This document shows positions 15,756-16,311 of a stretch of DNA of 16,311 bases, in pieces; position 1 is the first letter of the stretch; each line of letters starts with the position of its first letter. The notes beneath the pieces are model-generated. The model did not search any database. It had not been told where the DNA came from and saw only the letters and a list, made by a program, of their open reading frames with translations. The stretch spans positions 1 through 16,311 of the forward strand of contig JBEKHN010000028.1 in the NCBI GenBank assembly GCA_050012255.1, read 5' to 3'. The stretch is from Candidatus Bathyarchaeia archaeon (GTDB taxonomy: Archaea; Thermoproteota; Bathyarchaeia; Bathyarchaeales; Bathycorpusculaceae). The translations under genes and the position numbers were made by a program.

Positions 15756-15802
15756 TATACAACGCACACGCACACGGAGTGAGTGTGAGAGTGAAGGGCG
15801 CG

Positions 15803-16084
15803 CTAGTGTTTACACTTAGAAAGAATACGATTGACTTCCTCTAAGCTGACATCTCTAATCAGAATCTTCTTCTGCTTTGAAGTAAAACCAGAAATAAATT
15901 CAACTTTCCTCTTGAAAATCCTTGAAAGTTCCTTTATCAACTCTCTATCAACCTTGCCTTTTACTGGAGACTCTTTACAATGCACCACAAGTTCATCATC
16001 TTCGACCTCAATTTTGAGGTCTCTCGAGTCTGGCTTAACGTACACATTCAGGACTACTCCTTGGTCCGTTTTCAACAGCTTCAT
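15803..16084 (-). CDS. DUF167/YggU-family protein
   Basis: VVLNVYVKPDS...ESPVKGKVDRELIKELSRIF...ISGFTSKQKKILI. Likely start is ATG 16084. Confidence 0.85.
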   Translation of the reverse strand: MKLLKTDQGVVLNVYVKPDSRDLKIEVEDDELVVHCKESPVKGKVDRELIKELSRIFKRKVEFISGFTSKQKKILIRDVSLEEVNRILSKCKH

Positions 16085-16245
16085 TGTTGACACAGCTTTG
16101 AAGTTTCTCCTTTCTAAATTTGAAGGAAAACTAGAGTATATAAAATAGCGCGCATGCCTGTTCCGAAAATGGTTAAAAATGGTTTTAATTCGCCTTTTGC
16201 GATTTAGAGGCATTTTTGGGCTTCGCGTCTGTTTTCGTGCTTCTT

Positions 16246-16311
16246 TCAGTGCCCACGCTTCTCGAACTGTGCCGGCGGCCCGAAGGTGTTGGCCTGTGCG
16301 CTGTGAACAGC
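16246..16311 (-). CDS. Possible 3' end of a gene entering from the right edge
   Basis: Open frame AVHSAQANTFGPPAQFEKRGH* to the edge with host-like GC; too short to identify. Confidence 0.3.
   Translation of the reverse strand, partial: AVHSAQANTFGPPAQFEKRGH

Larger units (their letters stand above)
6411..15800. mobile_element. Genomic island / casposon-like integrated element carrying solo cas1, replication-like genes and a ubiquitin-like operon
   Basis: Inserted between the co-oriented housekeeping genes DUF167 and pyrC. Has an 18-bp perfect inverted repeat near both ends, looks AT-richer than the flanks by eye, and contains only accessory genes. Exact ends are uncertain and no clean target-site duplication was seen. 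Confidence 0.7.

Noticed and set aside
6455-15769. Target-site duplication atccagcgcacgc (6455-6467) versus atacaacgcacac (15757-15769)
   Set aside because: Only 10/13 identical, low complexity, and not flush with the left inverted repeat.

Overview
Archaeal chromosomal segment (thermosome, RpoK/Rpo6 and CDC48 present; a Bathyarchaeia-like origin is my inference). Housekeeping genes occupy 1-6342 (cdc48 5' end, yhbY, thrC, thermosome, rpoK, Mut7-C nuclease, pyrC-like) and 15803-16084 (DUF167). Between pyrC and DUF167 lies a ~9.4 kb accessory island (~6411-15800) with an 18-bp perfect inverted repeat near its ends (6478-6495 / 15738-15755). It has two modules. (1) A ~4.5 kb solo-Cas1 module with no cas2, no CRISPR array and no PolB. 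It carries an MCM-like AAA+ ATPase, a small AEP-primase-like protein and a wHTH protein, and is flanked by degenerate ~30-33 bp direct repeats with a GGAGATATC(T/C)CC core. A third copy of this repeat lies next to a tRNA 3' fragment at ~1000. (2) An HTH-led ubiquitin-like conjugation operon in BilABCD order (Ubl, CEHH-type E2, JAMM, E1) with a Thr1 proteasome-beta-like Ntn hydrolase inserted between the Ubl and the E2. All family assignments come from motifs read by eye; no searches were run.
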